From assembly GCA_002429485.1 (NCBI GenBank), contig DIZX01000011.1:55258-119257 (forward strand): a DNA stretch of 64,000 nucleotides, written 5' to 3'. A program made the position numbers and the translations under genes. Below the pieces are notes generated by a model. That model made no database searches. It was given only the letters and a program-made list of their open reading frames with translations, and had not been told where the DNA came from. Source of the stretch: Patescibacteria group bacterium UBA6017. GTDB taxonomy: Bacteria; Patescibacteriota; Saccharimonadia; UBA4664. Below are positions 1 to 9,864 of the stretch, one piece after another (position 1 is the first letter of the stretch; the number at the start of each line of letters is the position of its first letter).

Positions 1-471
1 GGCCATCCATGTGCTTAATACCACCAAAAATACGAGTCAGCGCTGCTACTTCGTTGGTGAAGTCGAGCAGTTCCTTCTTGTTGTACTTGGAAGCGTAGTC
101 TCCGCTCTCCATGCCGGCTTCGAGTTTCTTCAGCCGTTGTACCTGCAGGCGAATTGTGCGGAAGTTGGTGAGCATACCGCCCAACCAACGCTCAGTAACG
201 TAAGGCAGCTCGGCTGCTTCAGCGATCTCCTTTACGACCGGGGCTGCCTGGCGCTTGGTTCCCACGAGGAGGACCTTGCCGCCGTTTGCAGCAGTTTCGC
301 GGGCAAAGTCGGTAGCTTCCTTGAGCATGACGCCGGTCTTGGTGAGGTCAAGAATGTGAACCCCGCCGCGTGCACCATATATGTACTCGCGCATCTTCGG
401 GTTCCAACGACGCGTCTGGTGGCCAAAGTGAGCACCAGCTTCCAATAGTTCTTTTAACGTAACATCTGCCA
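1..471 (-). CDS. rpsB: 30S ribosomal protein S2 (N-terminal part; 3' end lies outside the window)
   Basis: Minus-strand translation from the ATG at 471 gives MADVTLKELLEAGAHFGHQTRRWNPKMREYIYGARGGVHILDLTKT..., a typical S2 N-terminus. The frame stays open to position 1. The ORF track shows only its sense-strand shadow (11..448 +). Confidence 0.85.
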
Positions 472-627
472 TCTAGATTGTGTCCTTTCATCTACATACG
501 ACCACCCGAGCGGGAGGATTACGGCCGTACTGATTCATTAATTACTTATAGGCCAAGCGAGTGTACCAAATATTCACGCTCAAAACAAGTTCTCGATACA
601 GCCCCGCAACATGACATCAGAGATGTG

Positions 628-656
628 TTGACCAAAAATCAATTATCAGGTACAAT
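628..656 (+). promoter_or_regulatory. sigma70-like promoter for rpmE (TTGACC, 17 nt spacer, TACAAT)
   Basis: TTGACC at 628-633, a 17-nt spacer, then TACAAT at 651-656, about 10 nt before the ATG at 666. This implies a near-leaderless transcript. Confidence 0.4.
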
Positions 657-665
657 CTTCAAGTT

Positions 666-983
666 ATGAAAACTGGTATCCACCCCGAAATCTTCGAGAC
701 AACCGTTCACTGTAATGGTTGCAACACCACGTTCACGAGTCACTCGACTGTGAGCGCGATTGACGTTGAAATTTGCTCCAACTGCCACCCGTTCTACACG
801 GGCAAGCAGAAGCTCATCGACACCGCCGGCCGCGTTGACAAGTTCAAGGCCCGCCAAGCTGAGGCTGCCAAGCGCGCCGCCAGCAAGTCCGACACGGAAA
901 ACAAAAACGACCCTGAGGTCGCCAAAATCCAGGAAGAACTTCAGACTGAGACTGTCGACAGCCAGCCTTCTACCGAAGCATAA
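666..983 (+). CDS. rpmE: 50S ribosomal protein L31
   Basis: MKTGIHPEI...[13 protein letters not shown]...[22 protein letters not shown] matches the L31 Cys/His zinc-ribbon signature. Confidence 0.9.
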   Translation: MKTGIHPEIFETTVHCNGCNTTFTSHSTVSAIDVEICSNCHPFYTGKQKLIDTAGRVDKFKARQAEAAKRAASKSDTENKNDPEVAKIQEELQTETVDSQPSTEA

Positions 984-994
984 AGCCTCTCGAA

Positions 995-1033
995 GAGCGC
1001 TCTGAACACTTCCTGTACAGTAGCGCTTTTTGT
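995..1033 (+). terminator. possible weak intrinsic terminator after rpmE
   Basis: Short palindromes (agcgct..agcgct, ctgtacag) followed by TTTTTGTTT at 1027-1035. The stem is short. Confidence 0.25.
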
Positions 1034-2118
1034 TTACCTTAATCCGGAAAGATTCTATGGACTCGACTGAACAAAAAATTCGCTCAGAGCACGAAGAAAA
1101 CGCCCAACGGATGACCAACCCGGATCTGTTTGGCACCTCCGAAATGGTGGCTCTAGCTAAGCGTCAAGCTGAGCTCGGCCCAGTCGTAGGCCTGTATGAC
1201 CAGCGCCAAAAACTATCCGATGACCTTACCGCCGGGCGCGAGCTGCTCGATGACCCGGAATATGCCGAACTGGCAGCCGAGGAAATCGCCGGTCTCGACA
1301 CCCAGCTGGAGCAGATCAACGATGCCCTGCGCCTCGCTCTCGTCCCCAAAGATCCGGCCGACGCCAAAAATGCCATCATCGAAATCCGCGCCGGTGCCGG
1401 CGGTGATGAAGCCAGCCTGTTTGCCGGTGAACTCTACCGTATGTATGCGCGATTCGTAGAAACCAAGCCCGGCTGGCGCATCGAGCTCATCAGTGATTCG
1501 CCCTCCGATGTGGGTGGCTACAAGGAAATTATTTTCCAGCTCAAAGGCCCTGATGCTTATGGCTGGCTCAAATATGAGTCCGGCGTCCACCGCGTCCAAC
1601 GCGTCCCCGAAACCGAGTCCAGCGGCCGCATCCACACCTCCACCGTCACCGTAGCCGTGCTCCCCGAAGCCGAGGAGACCGACATTGAAATCAAAGACAA
1701 TGATCTGCGCATCGACGTTTACCGCTCCGGCGGCAACGGCGGCCAGAGCGTGAACACCACCGACTCGGCTGTGCGCATCACTCACCTACCCTCGGGTTTG
1801 GTAGTGACGTGTCAGGACGAAAAATCTCAGCTCAAAAACAAAATAAAGGCCATGGGCGTTCTGCGCTCACGGTTATTGGCCCAAAAGCTCGAAACCGAAC
1901 AGCGCGAGAACCGCGAGGCTCGGCTGAGCCAAATCGGCACGGGTGACCGTTCCGAAAAGATCCGCACCTACAATTTCCCCCAAGATCGTGTCACTGATCA
2001 CCGCATCGGTCGAACCCAACACGGGTTACCAGGCTTCATGATCGGCGCCATCGGCGACATGATCGAGGCCCTACGTACAGAAGACCTAAGATTAAAATTG
2101 GAGCAAGCAGCAGTATGA
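1030..2118 (+). CDS. prfA: peptide chain release factor 1
   Basis: GGQ motif (SGGNGGQSVNTTDSAVRITHLPSGLVVTCQDEKSQ) and an RF1-type N-terminal domain. The true start may be the M at 1057. Confidence 0.9.
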   Translation: MFTLIRKDSMDSTEQKIRSEHEENAQRMTNPDLFGTSEMVALAKRQAELGPVVGLYDQRQKLSDDLTAGRELLDDPEYAELAAEEIAGLDTQLEQINDALRLALVPKDPADAKNAIIEIRAGAGGDEASLFAGELYRMYARFVETKPGWRIELISDSPSDVGGYKEIIFQLKGPDAYGWLKYESGVHRVQRVPETESSGRIHTSTVTVAVLPEAEETDIEIKDNDLRIDVYRSGGNGGQSVNTTDSAVRITHLPSGLVVTCQDEKSQLKNKIKAMGVLRSRLLAQKLETEQRENREARLSQIGTGDRSEKIRTYNFPQDRVTDHRIGRTQHGLPGFMIGAIGDMIEALRTEDLRLKLEQAAV

Positions 2119-2657
2119 ACAAGCACACTTACCTAATTACCGGCCCATCAGGATCAGGGAAAACGGCCTTAGCCGAATACCTAGACTCACAGAGCATTAT
2201 TTCCATCGACGCTGACAGCACGCAGGGGCTGTGTTACTTCGTAAACAAAAATAACAAACCCGTCCCTTTTCCGCCACACGCTGACGCCGGCTGGTGGGCA
2301 ACCCACAACTATATTTTCGAAATCGACCGTCTAGCGAAGCTCATTGCCACTCACGGATCAGGCGCGCCGGTATTTGTAAGCGGCAATACCGGCAACATCG
2401 CCAACGCCTGGAATATGTTTGAAGCCGTCTTCTATCTCGATGTGCCGACCGACCTCATGCTCAGCCGCACGAAGAATCTCACTAACGGTGAAAACTTCGG
2501 CCAGCGCATAGACGACAAAACTCTACTCGTATCCTGGGTTGAGCCGTTCAAGCAGAAAATGGTCGAACTAGGCGCTGTCGTGATCGACGGCACTAAGCCT
2601 GTCGACAAAGTTTCCGGCGAGATTTTGGCCCACGTCAAGAAAACTGCCGCCGCGTGA
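2115..2657 (+). CDS. small P-loop nucleotide kinase (CoaE / AAA_33-like) inserted between prfA and prmC
   Basis: Walker A motif LITGPSGSGKTALAEYL followed by a DAD motif (IISIDADS), as in dephospho-CoA kinase. It overlaps the prfA stop (ATGA) and the prmC start (GTGA), which suggests translational coupling. Confidence 0.45.
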   Translation: MNKHTYLITGPSGSGKTALAEYLDSQSIISIDADSTQGLCYFVNKNNKPVPFPPHADAGWWATHNYIFEIDRLAKLIATHGSGAPVFVSGNTGNIANAWNMFEAVFYLDVPTDLMLSRTKNLTNGENFGQRIDDKTLLVSWVEPFKQKMVELGAVVIDGTKPVDKVSGEILAHVKKTAAA

Positions 2658-3460
2658 GCACCGTTCGCGAAGCTCTAACTGCCGCTATCACATTCTTGGA
2701 AGCAGGCAAAATAGCCGGTGCCCGGCTCGATGCCGAGCTTCTATTGGCTCATGTGTTGCGCCGCGACCGCGCCTGGCTGCTCGCCCATGACGATGAAGAG
2801 CTCACGCCACACCAGGCTGCCGACTTTGAAGCCTTCATCTCCCGCCGCAGCGAACATGTTCCGGTAGTACACCTCACCGGCCACCGCGAATTTTACGGCC
2901 TGGAATTTGCCATCACGCCCGATGTCCTCACGCCGCGCGTGGAAACGGAGCAAATGGTCGAATGGGCCATTAAATACGCTCCAAGAAATTCTAATCTTAT
3001 CGATATTGGCACAGGTTCGGGCGCGATCGCCATCGCTATCGGAGCTGCCCGACCTGATCTGTCACTCACCGGCACCGAAATCACCGACGAGGCCCTGACC
3101 GTGGCCCACCGCAACGCCAAACAGTATGACACCAAAATTGAACTCATCAAGGCCGACCTCTGGGACGGCGTTTCCGGCACCTTCGCCACCATAGTGACCA
3201 ACCTCCCCTACCTCCGCGATGATGCTGACCTCATGCCCGAAGTGCGCAAAGAGCCCGCCGTCGCGCTATTTGGCGGTCCGGACGGCCTCGATCTGTACCG
3301 CCGCTTCGTCGCCGGTATTGCAGCGCACCTCACTGCGGGCGGCTACCTATTCACCGAATGCGACCCCTGGCAGCATGAAGCTCTCATGGCCGAAGCCGCC
3401 AAAGTCGGCCTCGCCCCTATCGAGCAGGGCTATTTTATCCTCGGCTTCCAGGGACAGTAA
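2654..3460 (+). CDS. prmC: release factor glutamine N5-methyltransferase PrmC/HemK
   Basis: SAM-binding motif DIGTGSGAIAIAIG plus a catalytic-type IVTNLPY motif (an NPPY variant). The position directly after prfA fits. Confidence 0.8.
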   Translation: MSTVREALTAAITFLEAGKIAGARLDAELLLAHVLRRDRAWLLAHDDEELTPHQAADFEAFISRRSEHVPVVHLTGHREFYGLEFAITPDVLTPRVETEQMVEWAIKYAPRNSNLIDIGTGSGAIAIAIGAARPDLSLTGTEITDEALTVAHRNAKQYDTKIELIKADLWDGVSGTFATIVTNLPYLRDDADLMPEVRKEPAVALFGGPDGLDLYRRFVAGIAAHLTAGGYLFTECDPWQHEALMAEAAKVGLAPIEQGYFILGFQGQ

Positions 3461-3465
3461 CCCGT

Positions 3466-4638
3466 CTAGCTCGCCGGTGCGGCTTCCAGTTTCGTACTCA
3501 GGGTCACCGTCTTACCGTCCCGCAACACCGTCACCGACACCGTATCGCCGACTTTGTGCTTACTGATCAATGATTGCAAACTGTGCGTGGCATCAATGGT
3601 GTCACCGCCCACTTTAGTAATAATATCGCCTTCTTTGATACCCGCCTTGTCGGCCGGCGAGCCCGCCACCACCGCCGGGGATTGGTCGGTGCCCGGTTGC
3701 ACCCAAGCACCGCTGCTAACCGCCAGGCTATTCTGTGTCGCCACTTGCTTATCAATCGCCAGGTAACGCACGCCCAAATACGGCCGTACAATGTGCCCCA
3801 CACTCTCAACGCTCGCTATCAACTGTTTCGCCTCATTTATCGGTATGGCAAAGCCAATGTTCTGAGCTTGGCCAGCCACCGCAGTATTAATTCCCACCAC
3901 TTGTCCGCCCAGATTCACCAATGGGCCGCCGGAATTTCCAGGGTTAATCGCCGCATCGGTTTGCAGTAAATTCTGCAGCACTTCGGAGCTGGTACCCGTA
4001 GCGCTGCTATCTCCGGCCACCACACCGCGGGATAATCCGGAAATAATCCCGTCCGTCACCGTATTTTGATACTGCCCCAGCGCATTCCCGATAGCTACCA
4101 CCCGCTGGCCCACCTGTACCGCCCCGGAATCACCCAGCTTCACTACCGGCAAACCCGTCGCCGTAATTCGCACAAACGCCACATCGTTTACGCTATCTTT
4201 TGAAACCACCTTCGCAGGATATGTCTTGCCGTCGGTCGTAATCACGGTGTAATTAGCCGTCGCATCATCCACCACATGGCGGTTGGTCAGAATCAACCCG
4301 TCACTTGTGACGATCATCCCGGTACCGGCGCCTTCAGCTTGCTGCACATTACCAAAAAAACCGCGCGTGACGGTTTTTGAAGTTATAGAAACCACTGCCG
4401 GACTAACCTGCTTAGCCACATCAATGACAGCCGAATTTTCTTGAACGATTAATTGCTTCTTATCGGTCGGGATTGCCCCTGGGAAAAACCGCACCATCGT
4501 CACGGTGCCAATCATTCCGCCCACTATTCCAAATATTAATCCGGCCGCCAACAGCTTTGCGTTGATATTGTCCATCCAACTCCGCCTCGAAGGAGGTACC
4601 GGAATGATTAACTGTTCTTCACCGTCTGTAGCCATGAT
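3466..4638 (-). CDS. HtrA/DegP-family serine protease with PDZ domain
   Basis: Trypsin-like catalytic motifs (LTNRHVV, GNSGGPLVN) and a C-terminal PDZ-like region. The likely start is the ATG at 4638, which has a GAGGG ribosome binding site; the ORF track extends to 4749. Confidence 0.8.
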   Translation of the reverse strand: MMATDGEEQLIIPVPPSRRSWMDNINAKLLAAGLIFGIVGGMIGTVTMVRFFPGAIPTDKKQLIVQENSAVIDVAKQVSPAVVSITSKTVTRGFFGNVQQAEGAGTGMIVTSDGLILTNRHVVDDATANYTVITTDGKTYPAKVVSKDSVNDVAFVRITATGLPVVKLGDSGAVQVGQRVVAIGNALGQYQNTVTDGIISGLSRGVVAGDSSATGTSSEVLQNLLQTDAAINPGNSGGPLVNLGGQVVGINTAVAGQAQNIGFAIPINEAKQLIASVESVGHIVRPYLGVRYLAIDKQVATQNSLAVSSGAWVQPGTDQSPAVVAGSPADKAGIKEGDIITKVGGDTIDATHSLQSLISKHKVGDTVSVTVLRDGKTVTLSTKLEAAPAS

Positions 4639-4730
4639 ATTCCCTCTGGATTTTGTGAATAATATTATATACCCACTTCCAGTATGCAATCTTCGGCTGA
4701 GAAAATCCTGAAAATTTAGCGAAAAAACGG

Positions 4731-5543
4731 CTAAACGTTGCCCCGCCAAGACGTTCCGACCACTACAATCATCACCAAAATCAACGCAATCACCATGTAC
4801 TCACCCAAGCGCCCGCGACTCAAGCTGCCATGCCGCGAGGACACCAAGATACTGCCGAAGATATAAGCCAGCGCCGTCAAAATTAATGCCGGTTGCGGAA
4901 CCAAAATAAAACCGCCCGTCATGGTGTAGGTAATCAGCCAAAGCATCAGCACCCAGGCCACCTCAGTTGCAACCACCCCCCACGTCGCCGCCATGACCCC
5001 CGCGGATTTATCCCCCCGCCGCGTCAAAACGCCGTAGACCGTAAAGTAAGCCCCCGTCCACACCAGAGCCAGTGTTATCCATGCCGGGATCGAGGTCCCG
5101 TCCGAATTGTGCCATACAGCCGCCACCAGGAATATCGCCTCAAACATCACCGCCTGAACAATCAATAACTGCGCCAAGTTGTTTGAAGCCCCATCCGGAT
5201 CACTTTCCCGCCAGACCAACCACCCTGCGTAAAGCAGCGCAACCACCACCTGAGTCGCATACCGAGGCACCATCGCGACCACCAGAGTCACACTCAAGCC
5301 CATGACCAGCCCAGGGAGACACCTCCAAAATTCCAACACCTTGGTCTCGCCAACTGCCAGGCTATTTGGCAGCAAGACTCGAAGTTCGATCGCCGCAATC
5401 AAGACAGCGGCCAGCACCCACAGTCCGCCCCTCCGGGCTAACGCGTATACTGCCAAGAATTCTATTGCCGCCAAGACCCACTGCGTCCAAGGACGGCCAG
5501 ACAGGTTACTGCGTCGAACTAGTTGCTTTATAGTTGCTACCAA
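4731..5543 (-). CDS. polytopic integral membrane protein, function unknown
   Basis: About eight hydrophobic segments and no recognisable catalytic motif. Confidence 0.45.
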   Translation of the reverse strand: MVATIKQLVRRSNLSGRPWTQWVLAAIEFLAVYALARRGGLWVLAAVLIAAIELRVLLPNSLAVGETKVLEFWRCLPGLVMGLSVTLVVAMVPRYATQVVVALLYAGWLVWRESDPDGASNNLAQLLIVQAVMFEAIFLVAAVWHNSDGTSIPAWITLALVWTGAYFTVYGVLTRRGDKSAGVMAATWGVVATEVAWVLMLWLITYTMTGGFILVPQPALILTALAYIFGSILVSSRHGSLSRGRLGEYMVIALILVMIVVVGTSWRGNV

Positions 5544-7062
5544 GGATTATCCTTATCTGAGGAGCCGGCACTGCTGCGCCGCTTGAATCCACCGTCGGCG
5601 TCGGAGCGATCATCCGCTGCGCCTTCACCTTAAACCGTTGCTCGAGGTAATTAAGTGTATATGGCTTCTTCCCGCCAGTATAGTCATATATCACCGTATT
5701 TGTATAGTGGTCGGGAGCATTTACCGGATCGCCAACGTTATAATGAGCCGCCTGCAGACTCTTCGTGATACTACTCGCGAGCCCCGGAATACCCGAACCG
5801 TTCTGAATTTCCAGCTTAGCATTCTCATCGATCAGATAATGATCCGCAAATATGTTCTTTACGAAATCCTGAATATCAGAGTAGTCAAAGTTCCCAATCT
5901 TCGGAACCTCTATGTATCCCGCGCTAGGGATGATGTTGACTCCACCGACCAACAATGCTTCCTTGGAGTCGGTGTCGATTACTTTCTGCACCATCTTAGC
6001 CGGATCAATATCTTTTACGATTGACGCCATTTTCTTCAACTCGTTGGCCTGAATATCGGTCTTCACGTGGCTCCCCACGGCGTCGATGAGCTCGGACAGC
6101 TTAACGGGATTTGTGAGCGTCGAAAGCTGCAGCGCCTTCTGCCTCAATGCGGCAATCACTAGCTGCTGACGGGCTGCCCGGTCGAAATCGCTCGTACTAT
6201 GACGCGACCTCGAGTAGCGCAGCGCCACCGTGCCGTTCATGTGCTGCAGCCCGGGCTTGATCGAAAATGGACAGAAACCGCCGCGCTCGTTGTCGCACGG
6301 GTACGATGCGTCATAAATTGCCGTCGGAACGTTGATATCAACCCCTCCTACCGCATCTATCGCCTGCTTGAACCCAGAGAAATCAATCAACACATAATAA
6401 TGAATCGGAACCCCGATAACATTTGCCACCGTTCGAGCCGCCAGCTCGGGGCCGCCGTAAGCGTTCGCGGCATTAATCTTGCCGTACTGCTCCCTCGTAC
6501 TAGTACCCGCTGGTATCTTCACGTATAAATCCCGGGGTATCGACAGCATCGCCGCATCTTTGGTTTTGGGGTCAAAACTGATCACCATCATCGTATCGGA
6601 CAAATTTGGGGCTTCGTGGCCCTGACCGCCAATCCCCAATACCAAGATATTTACGCGCCCGTCACCTTCGCCCTTAAGCTTTGTCACATCCAGTAGGCCG
6701 GCCAGTCCCGGTGCGCCGCCGTTCGACTTGGCAAAAATGCTGTGCGCTGCACTCAATGCCTTATAGCCAAACCAACCGACCGTTGTCACGATCAGTATCA
6801 GGACTCCAAGCGCCAGCCAGCGCATGACGCGCAAAATCCCACCGTGTACCCGCTTGGGTTTGCGATATACGAATACCGGCTCTTCGACTCCGGCTGCCTC
6901 AATTGGGTTCACAAAATCTACCTTTTCCACGGCAGGAGCAGACTCAAGGGGTGATAAATTTTTTGGGCGACGTACTGGTCCATCCAATGAACGCCGCCTG
7001 TCCGGATTTAACATTGTCATCGTCATCAAGTATAACCAGTATCCCCCAAACGGCACAACCAC
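5506..7062 (-). CDS. LytR-CpsA-Psr (LCP) family cell-envelope polymer transferase
   Basis: Cytoplasmic N-terminus, one transmembrane segment, then an LCP core (LSIPRDLYVKIPAG...GFKQAIDAVGGVDINVP) and a LytR_C-like tail. The start may be one of the internal Met residues around 7014-7026. Confidence 0.75.
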   Translation of the reverse strand: MVVPFGGYWLYLMTMTMLNPDRRRSLDGPVRRPKNLSPLESAPAVEKVDFVNPIEAAGVEEPVFVYRKPKRVHGGILRVMRWLALGVLILIVTTVGWFGYKALSAAHSIFAKSNGGAPGLAGLLDVTKLKGEGDGRVNILVLGIGGQGHEAPNLSDTMMVISFDPKTKDAAMLSIPRDLYVKIPAGTSTREQYGKINAANAYGGPELAARTVANVIGVPIHYYVLIDFSGFKQAIDAVGGVDINVPTAIYDASYPCDNERGGFCPFSIKPGLQHMNGTVALRYSRSRHSTSDFDRAARQQLVIAALRQKALQLSTLTNPVKLSELIDAVGSHVKTDIQANELKKMASIVKDIDPAKMVQKVIDTDSKEALLVGGVNIIPSAGYIEVPKIGNFDYSDIQDFVKNIFADHYLIDENAKLEIQNGSGIPGLASSITKSLQAAHYNVGDPVNAPDHYTNTVIYDYTGGKKPYTLNYLEQRFKVKAQRMIAPTPTVDSSGAAVPAPQIRIILGSNYKATSSTQ

Positions 7063-7129
7063 AAACAGTTCCCGTACACCATATCTAAGGCTTGTCGCAC
7101 CCGCCTTCGGGCAGGTATACTAAATACCA

Positions 7130-7939
7130 ATGGATGATCAAAACCCAACACCGACACCAACTCCGCCAACCGGCCCCAGACTCGACGGCCCCTCCTCGAG
7201 CTTGCCCGCCTCTCCGCTCGGGCAGCCATCGCCTCAGGCATACACCGAGCCAATACCCAGCTCATCTGAGCTACCCGCCCAAGCTCAGGCCCCTGTACCC
7301 GCCGACACCGACCCATCCGCCAATAATGAGCCCGGCGCTACAGGATCCGCCATATCCTCTATTGCCCGCGGCTTCTCCACCATCTTCGGGGCGATATTTT
7401 CTTGGATTATTTTTCCCATTGCAGTCGTATTGATATTGCACAATTTTGTATTTCAGGCCTATCACGTAATCGGCACCAGCATGGTCCCCTCTCTGCACGA
7501 CGCCGATTATCTGATCGTATCCAAACTTGGTTACACTCAGGGCCTCGTCGAACGCATGCTCGGCCAGGACAAAAAATACATACCGGCCCGTGGCCAGGTT
7601 ATCGTCTTTCGCTTTCCCAAGGACACATCTCGCGTCTTCGTGAAGCGCGTCGTGGGCCTGCCCGGTGACCGCGTAGTTGTAAAGAATGGCAGCGTTACCA
7701 TCTACAACAAAGCTCATTCCGACGGCTTCAACCCCGACACCTCTTACGAGGCAGCTGGTGCCACCACCCTCGTCGACACCGACGAAGTCGTACAGGAAGG
7801 CAACGTCTTCGTCATGGGAGACAACCGCACCCCCAACGGCTCCTACGATTCGCGCGAATGGGGCGAACTACCGTCGAGCTACATCATCGGCAATGCCGTA
7901 CTGCGCCTCCTCCCCCTCGACCAAGTCAAAGCTCTCTAG
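7130..7939 (+). CDS. lepB: signal peptidase I with a Pro/Ser-rich N-terminal extension
   Basis: SPase I boxes (GTSMVPSL, VKRVVGLPGD, GDNRTPNGSYDSREWG). The first roughly 70 aa are low-complexity and Pro-rich and precede the transmembrane segment. Confidence 0.8.
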   Translation: MDDQNPTPTPTPPTGPRLDGPSSSLPASPLGQPSPQAYTEPIPSSSELPAQAQAPVPADTDPSANNEPGATGSAISSIARGFSTIFGAIFSWIIFPIAVVLILHNFVFQAYHVIGTSMVPSLHDADYLIVSKLGYTQGLVERMLGQDKKYIPARGQVIVFRFPKDTSRVFVKRVVGLPGDRVVVKNGSVTIYNKAHSDGFNPDTSYEAAGATTLVDTDEVVQEGNVFVMGDNRTPNGSYDSREWGELPSSYIIGNAVLRLLPLDQVKAL

Positions 7940-8001
7940 AGCCCTCGCCAACGTAGCGCCCGGCTGATGTTGGATATTGCGCAAAACGCCTGACAACAAA
8001 A

Positions 8002-8036
8002 CGCTCCCACATAGCAAAGGGAGCGAGTTCGTTTTG
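8002..8036 (+). terminator. intrinsic terminator after lepB
   Basis: Stem cgctccc / gggagcg (8002-8008 with 8019-8025) and a 10-nt loop, followed by agttcgttttg. Confidence 0.45.
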
Positions 8037-8049
8037 AAAATATTCAACG

Positions 8050-8100
8050 CAGCCGAAGCTACCTAATCAGCCGAAGCTACCATATCGAAGCTACCTAAGC
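8050..8100. repeat. three tandem copies of a short motif (AGCCGAAGCTACC / CGAAGCTACCTAA)
   Basis: cagccgaagctacctaatcagccgaagctaccatatcgaagctacctaagc lies directly downstream of the parB stop. Confidence 0.4.
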
Positions 8101-8106
8101 CGGGAT

Positions 8107-9045
8107 CTACTGCCCCGTTTCAGCCTTGATCGCGCGATAAATACGCTCGAGCTCTTCTTCGGAGTAATACTCAATCACCAGTTTGCCGCCCTTGGCGGTG
8201 CGCACTTGCGTGACCTTAGCGCCCAGATAATCACCCAGATCCATCGTAAGCTGGTTGACGGCCGCGATCCGCGCCGCGGCTTTGGCCTTGCTGCCGGTCG
8301 CACCCTTATATCCGCGAGCATATTCCTCGGTCTGGCGGATCGTCCAGTGATTTTTGAGCACCATCGCCAGCAGTTCCAAGCGCTTAGCCAGCTCCATCTC
8401 CTTATCTTCTTCAACCACCGACAGCAACACTCGCGCATGACCCTCGTTGATCAAGCCCTCGATCAGCGCCCGCTTGGCCTCCGGAGGTAGATTGAGCAAC
8501 CTGGTAGTATTGGAGATAGTCGACACATCTTTGCCGATGCGCTTGCTCAGATCTTCGAGCCGTAGATTAAATTGATCAAGCAATTTACGATAAGCCGTCG
8601 CGACCTCCATCGGATTGAGCTCCGCGCGCTGCAGATTCTCGATTAATGCCAGCTCCAACTTCTGCTGTTCGTCAAAGCTGCGTATAATCACGGGCACCAC
8701 GTCGAGCCCAGCAATCTTGGCCGCGCGCAACCTACGTTCACCCGCGATCAGCTCGTAGCGCTCGCCAACGCGCGTGACCACCAAAGGCTGCAGTATCCCG
8801 TGTACGCGAATACTCGCCGCCAGAGCCTCCAGCGCCGGAACGTCAAAGTTCTGCCGCGGTTGGTGCGGATTCGGATCCACCAATGCCGGTGCCACCTCGC
8901 GTACCAGATCAGCCGAGCTGCGGTTGCCCGACGAGTCTACCGGCGCGGTGACGTCGAATTCGTCCTCGACCATCTGGGTCGGAATCAACGCGTCAAACCC
9001 TCGTCCTAATCCCCTTTTGCGCTCAAATTTCACTTCATCGGTCAT
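8107..9045 (-). CDS. parB: chromosome partitioning protein ParB/Spo0J
   Basis: GLGRGFDALIP box and a helix-turn-helix region. The start is taken at the ATG at 9045, which overlaps the parA stop by 4 nt. Confidence 0.9.
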   Translation of the reverse strand: MTDEVKFERKRGLGRGFDALIPTQMVEDEFDVTAPVDSSGNRSSADLVREVAPALVDPNPHQPRQNFDVPALEALAASIRVHGILQPLVVTRVGERYELIAGERRLRAAKIAGLDVVPVIIRSFDEQQKLELALIENLQRAELNPMEVATAYRKLLDQFNLRLEDLSKRIGKDVSTISNTTRLLNLPPEAKRALIEGLINEGHARVLLSVVEEDKEMELAKRLELLAMVLKNHWTIRQTEEYARGYKGATGSKAKAAARIAAVNQLTMDLGDYLGAKVTQVRTAKGGKLVIEYYSEEELERIYRAIKAETGQ

Positions 9046-9833
9046 TTCTTCTTCGCTCCTGCTCGTTTTTCTACTTCCTTGGCCAGCGCCTTGTAGCTGC
9101 GCGCACCCTTGCTCCATCCATCATAATGCATAATCGATTTACCAAAACTCGGTGCCTCGGCCAGCCGCACATTGCGCGGAATCACGGTCTCAAATACCTT
9201 ATCCGGGAAATGCCGCTTCACCTCTTCGTGCACCTGCATACTCAGCGTAGTGCGGCCGTTGTGCATAGTCACCAGCACCCCCATCAACCCCAGTTTCGGA
9301 TTTAAGGCTTTGCGGATTCGCTGTACCGTCTGCACCAGCTGCCCCAAGCCTTCCATAGCGTAAAATTCCGCCTGCACCGGGATAATCAGCTCGTGTGCCG
9401 CCACCAATCCATTCACCGTCAAAATCCCCAAACTGGGCGGACAATCTATCAGAACATAATCATAATCCAGATCGGCCAATGCATCGCGCAGCTTAAATTC
9501 CCGCTGCGGCACCGCCACTAGCTCCACCTCGGCCGCCGCCAACACCGCGCTCGCGGGCAGCACGTGCAAGCCGTCCACCGCCGTAGGCCTAGCCACCGCT
9601 TGCGCCGATACCCCGTCCATCAGCACGTCGTACAAATCACCCGACAACTTATCTGGCCGAATACCCAGCCCACTGGAAGTATTCCCTTGTGGGTCCAGAT
9701 CCACTATCAACACCTTCTTATTCCCCGAAGCCAGATACGCTCCGAGGTTTATGGTAGTGGTAGTCTTGCCAACTCCGCCTTTTTGGTTGGCGATTGCGAT
9801 TATTTTGGCCATTCGCGGCGCTCGCAGCCTCAC
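9042..9833 (-). CDS. parA: chromosome partitioning ATPase ParA/Soj
   Basis: Deviant Walker A motif KIIAIANQKGGVGKTTTTINLG. Confidence 0.9.
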   Translation of the reverse strand: MRLRAPRMAKIIAIANQKGGVGKTTTTINLGAYLASGNKKVLIVDLDPQGNTSSGLGIRPDKLSGDLYDVLMDGVSAQAVARPTAVDGLHVLPASAVLAAAEVELVAVPQREFKLRDALADLDYDYVLIDCPPSLGILTVNGLVAAHELIIPVQAEFYAMEGLGQLVQTVQRIRKALNPKLGLMGVLVTMHNGRTTLSMQVHEEVKRHFPDKVFETVIPRNVRLAEAPSFGKSIMHYDGWSKGARSYKALAKEVEKRAGAKKK

Positions 9834-9864
9834 ATATTACATCTATAAGTATACCAAATTCCGC

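Noticed and set aside
11-448. 145-aa plus-strand ORF at the window start
   Set aside because: It is the antisense shadow of rpsB. The minus-strand translation from 471 is a textbook S2 N-terminus, whereas the plus-strand protein has no recognisable features.
760-1005. Arg/Ser/Pro-rich 81-aa ORF overlapping rpmE in another frame
   Set aside because: Low-complexity alternative-frame translation of a GC-rich gene. L31 in the other frame is unambiguous.
1213-1785. 190-aa minus-strand ORF inside prfA
   Set aside because: Gly/Ala/Asp-rich antisense shadow of the RF1 gene, with no start context or motifs.
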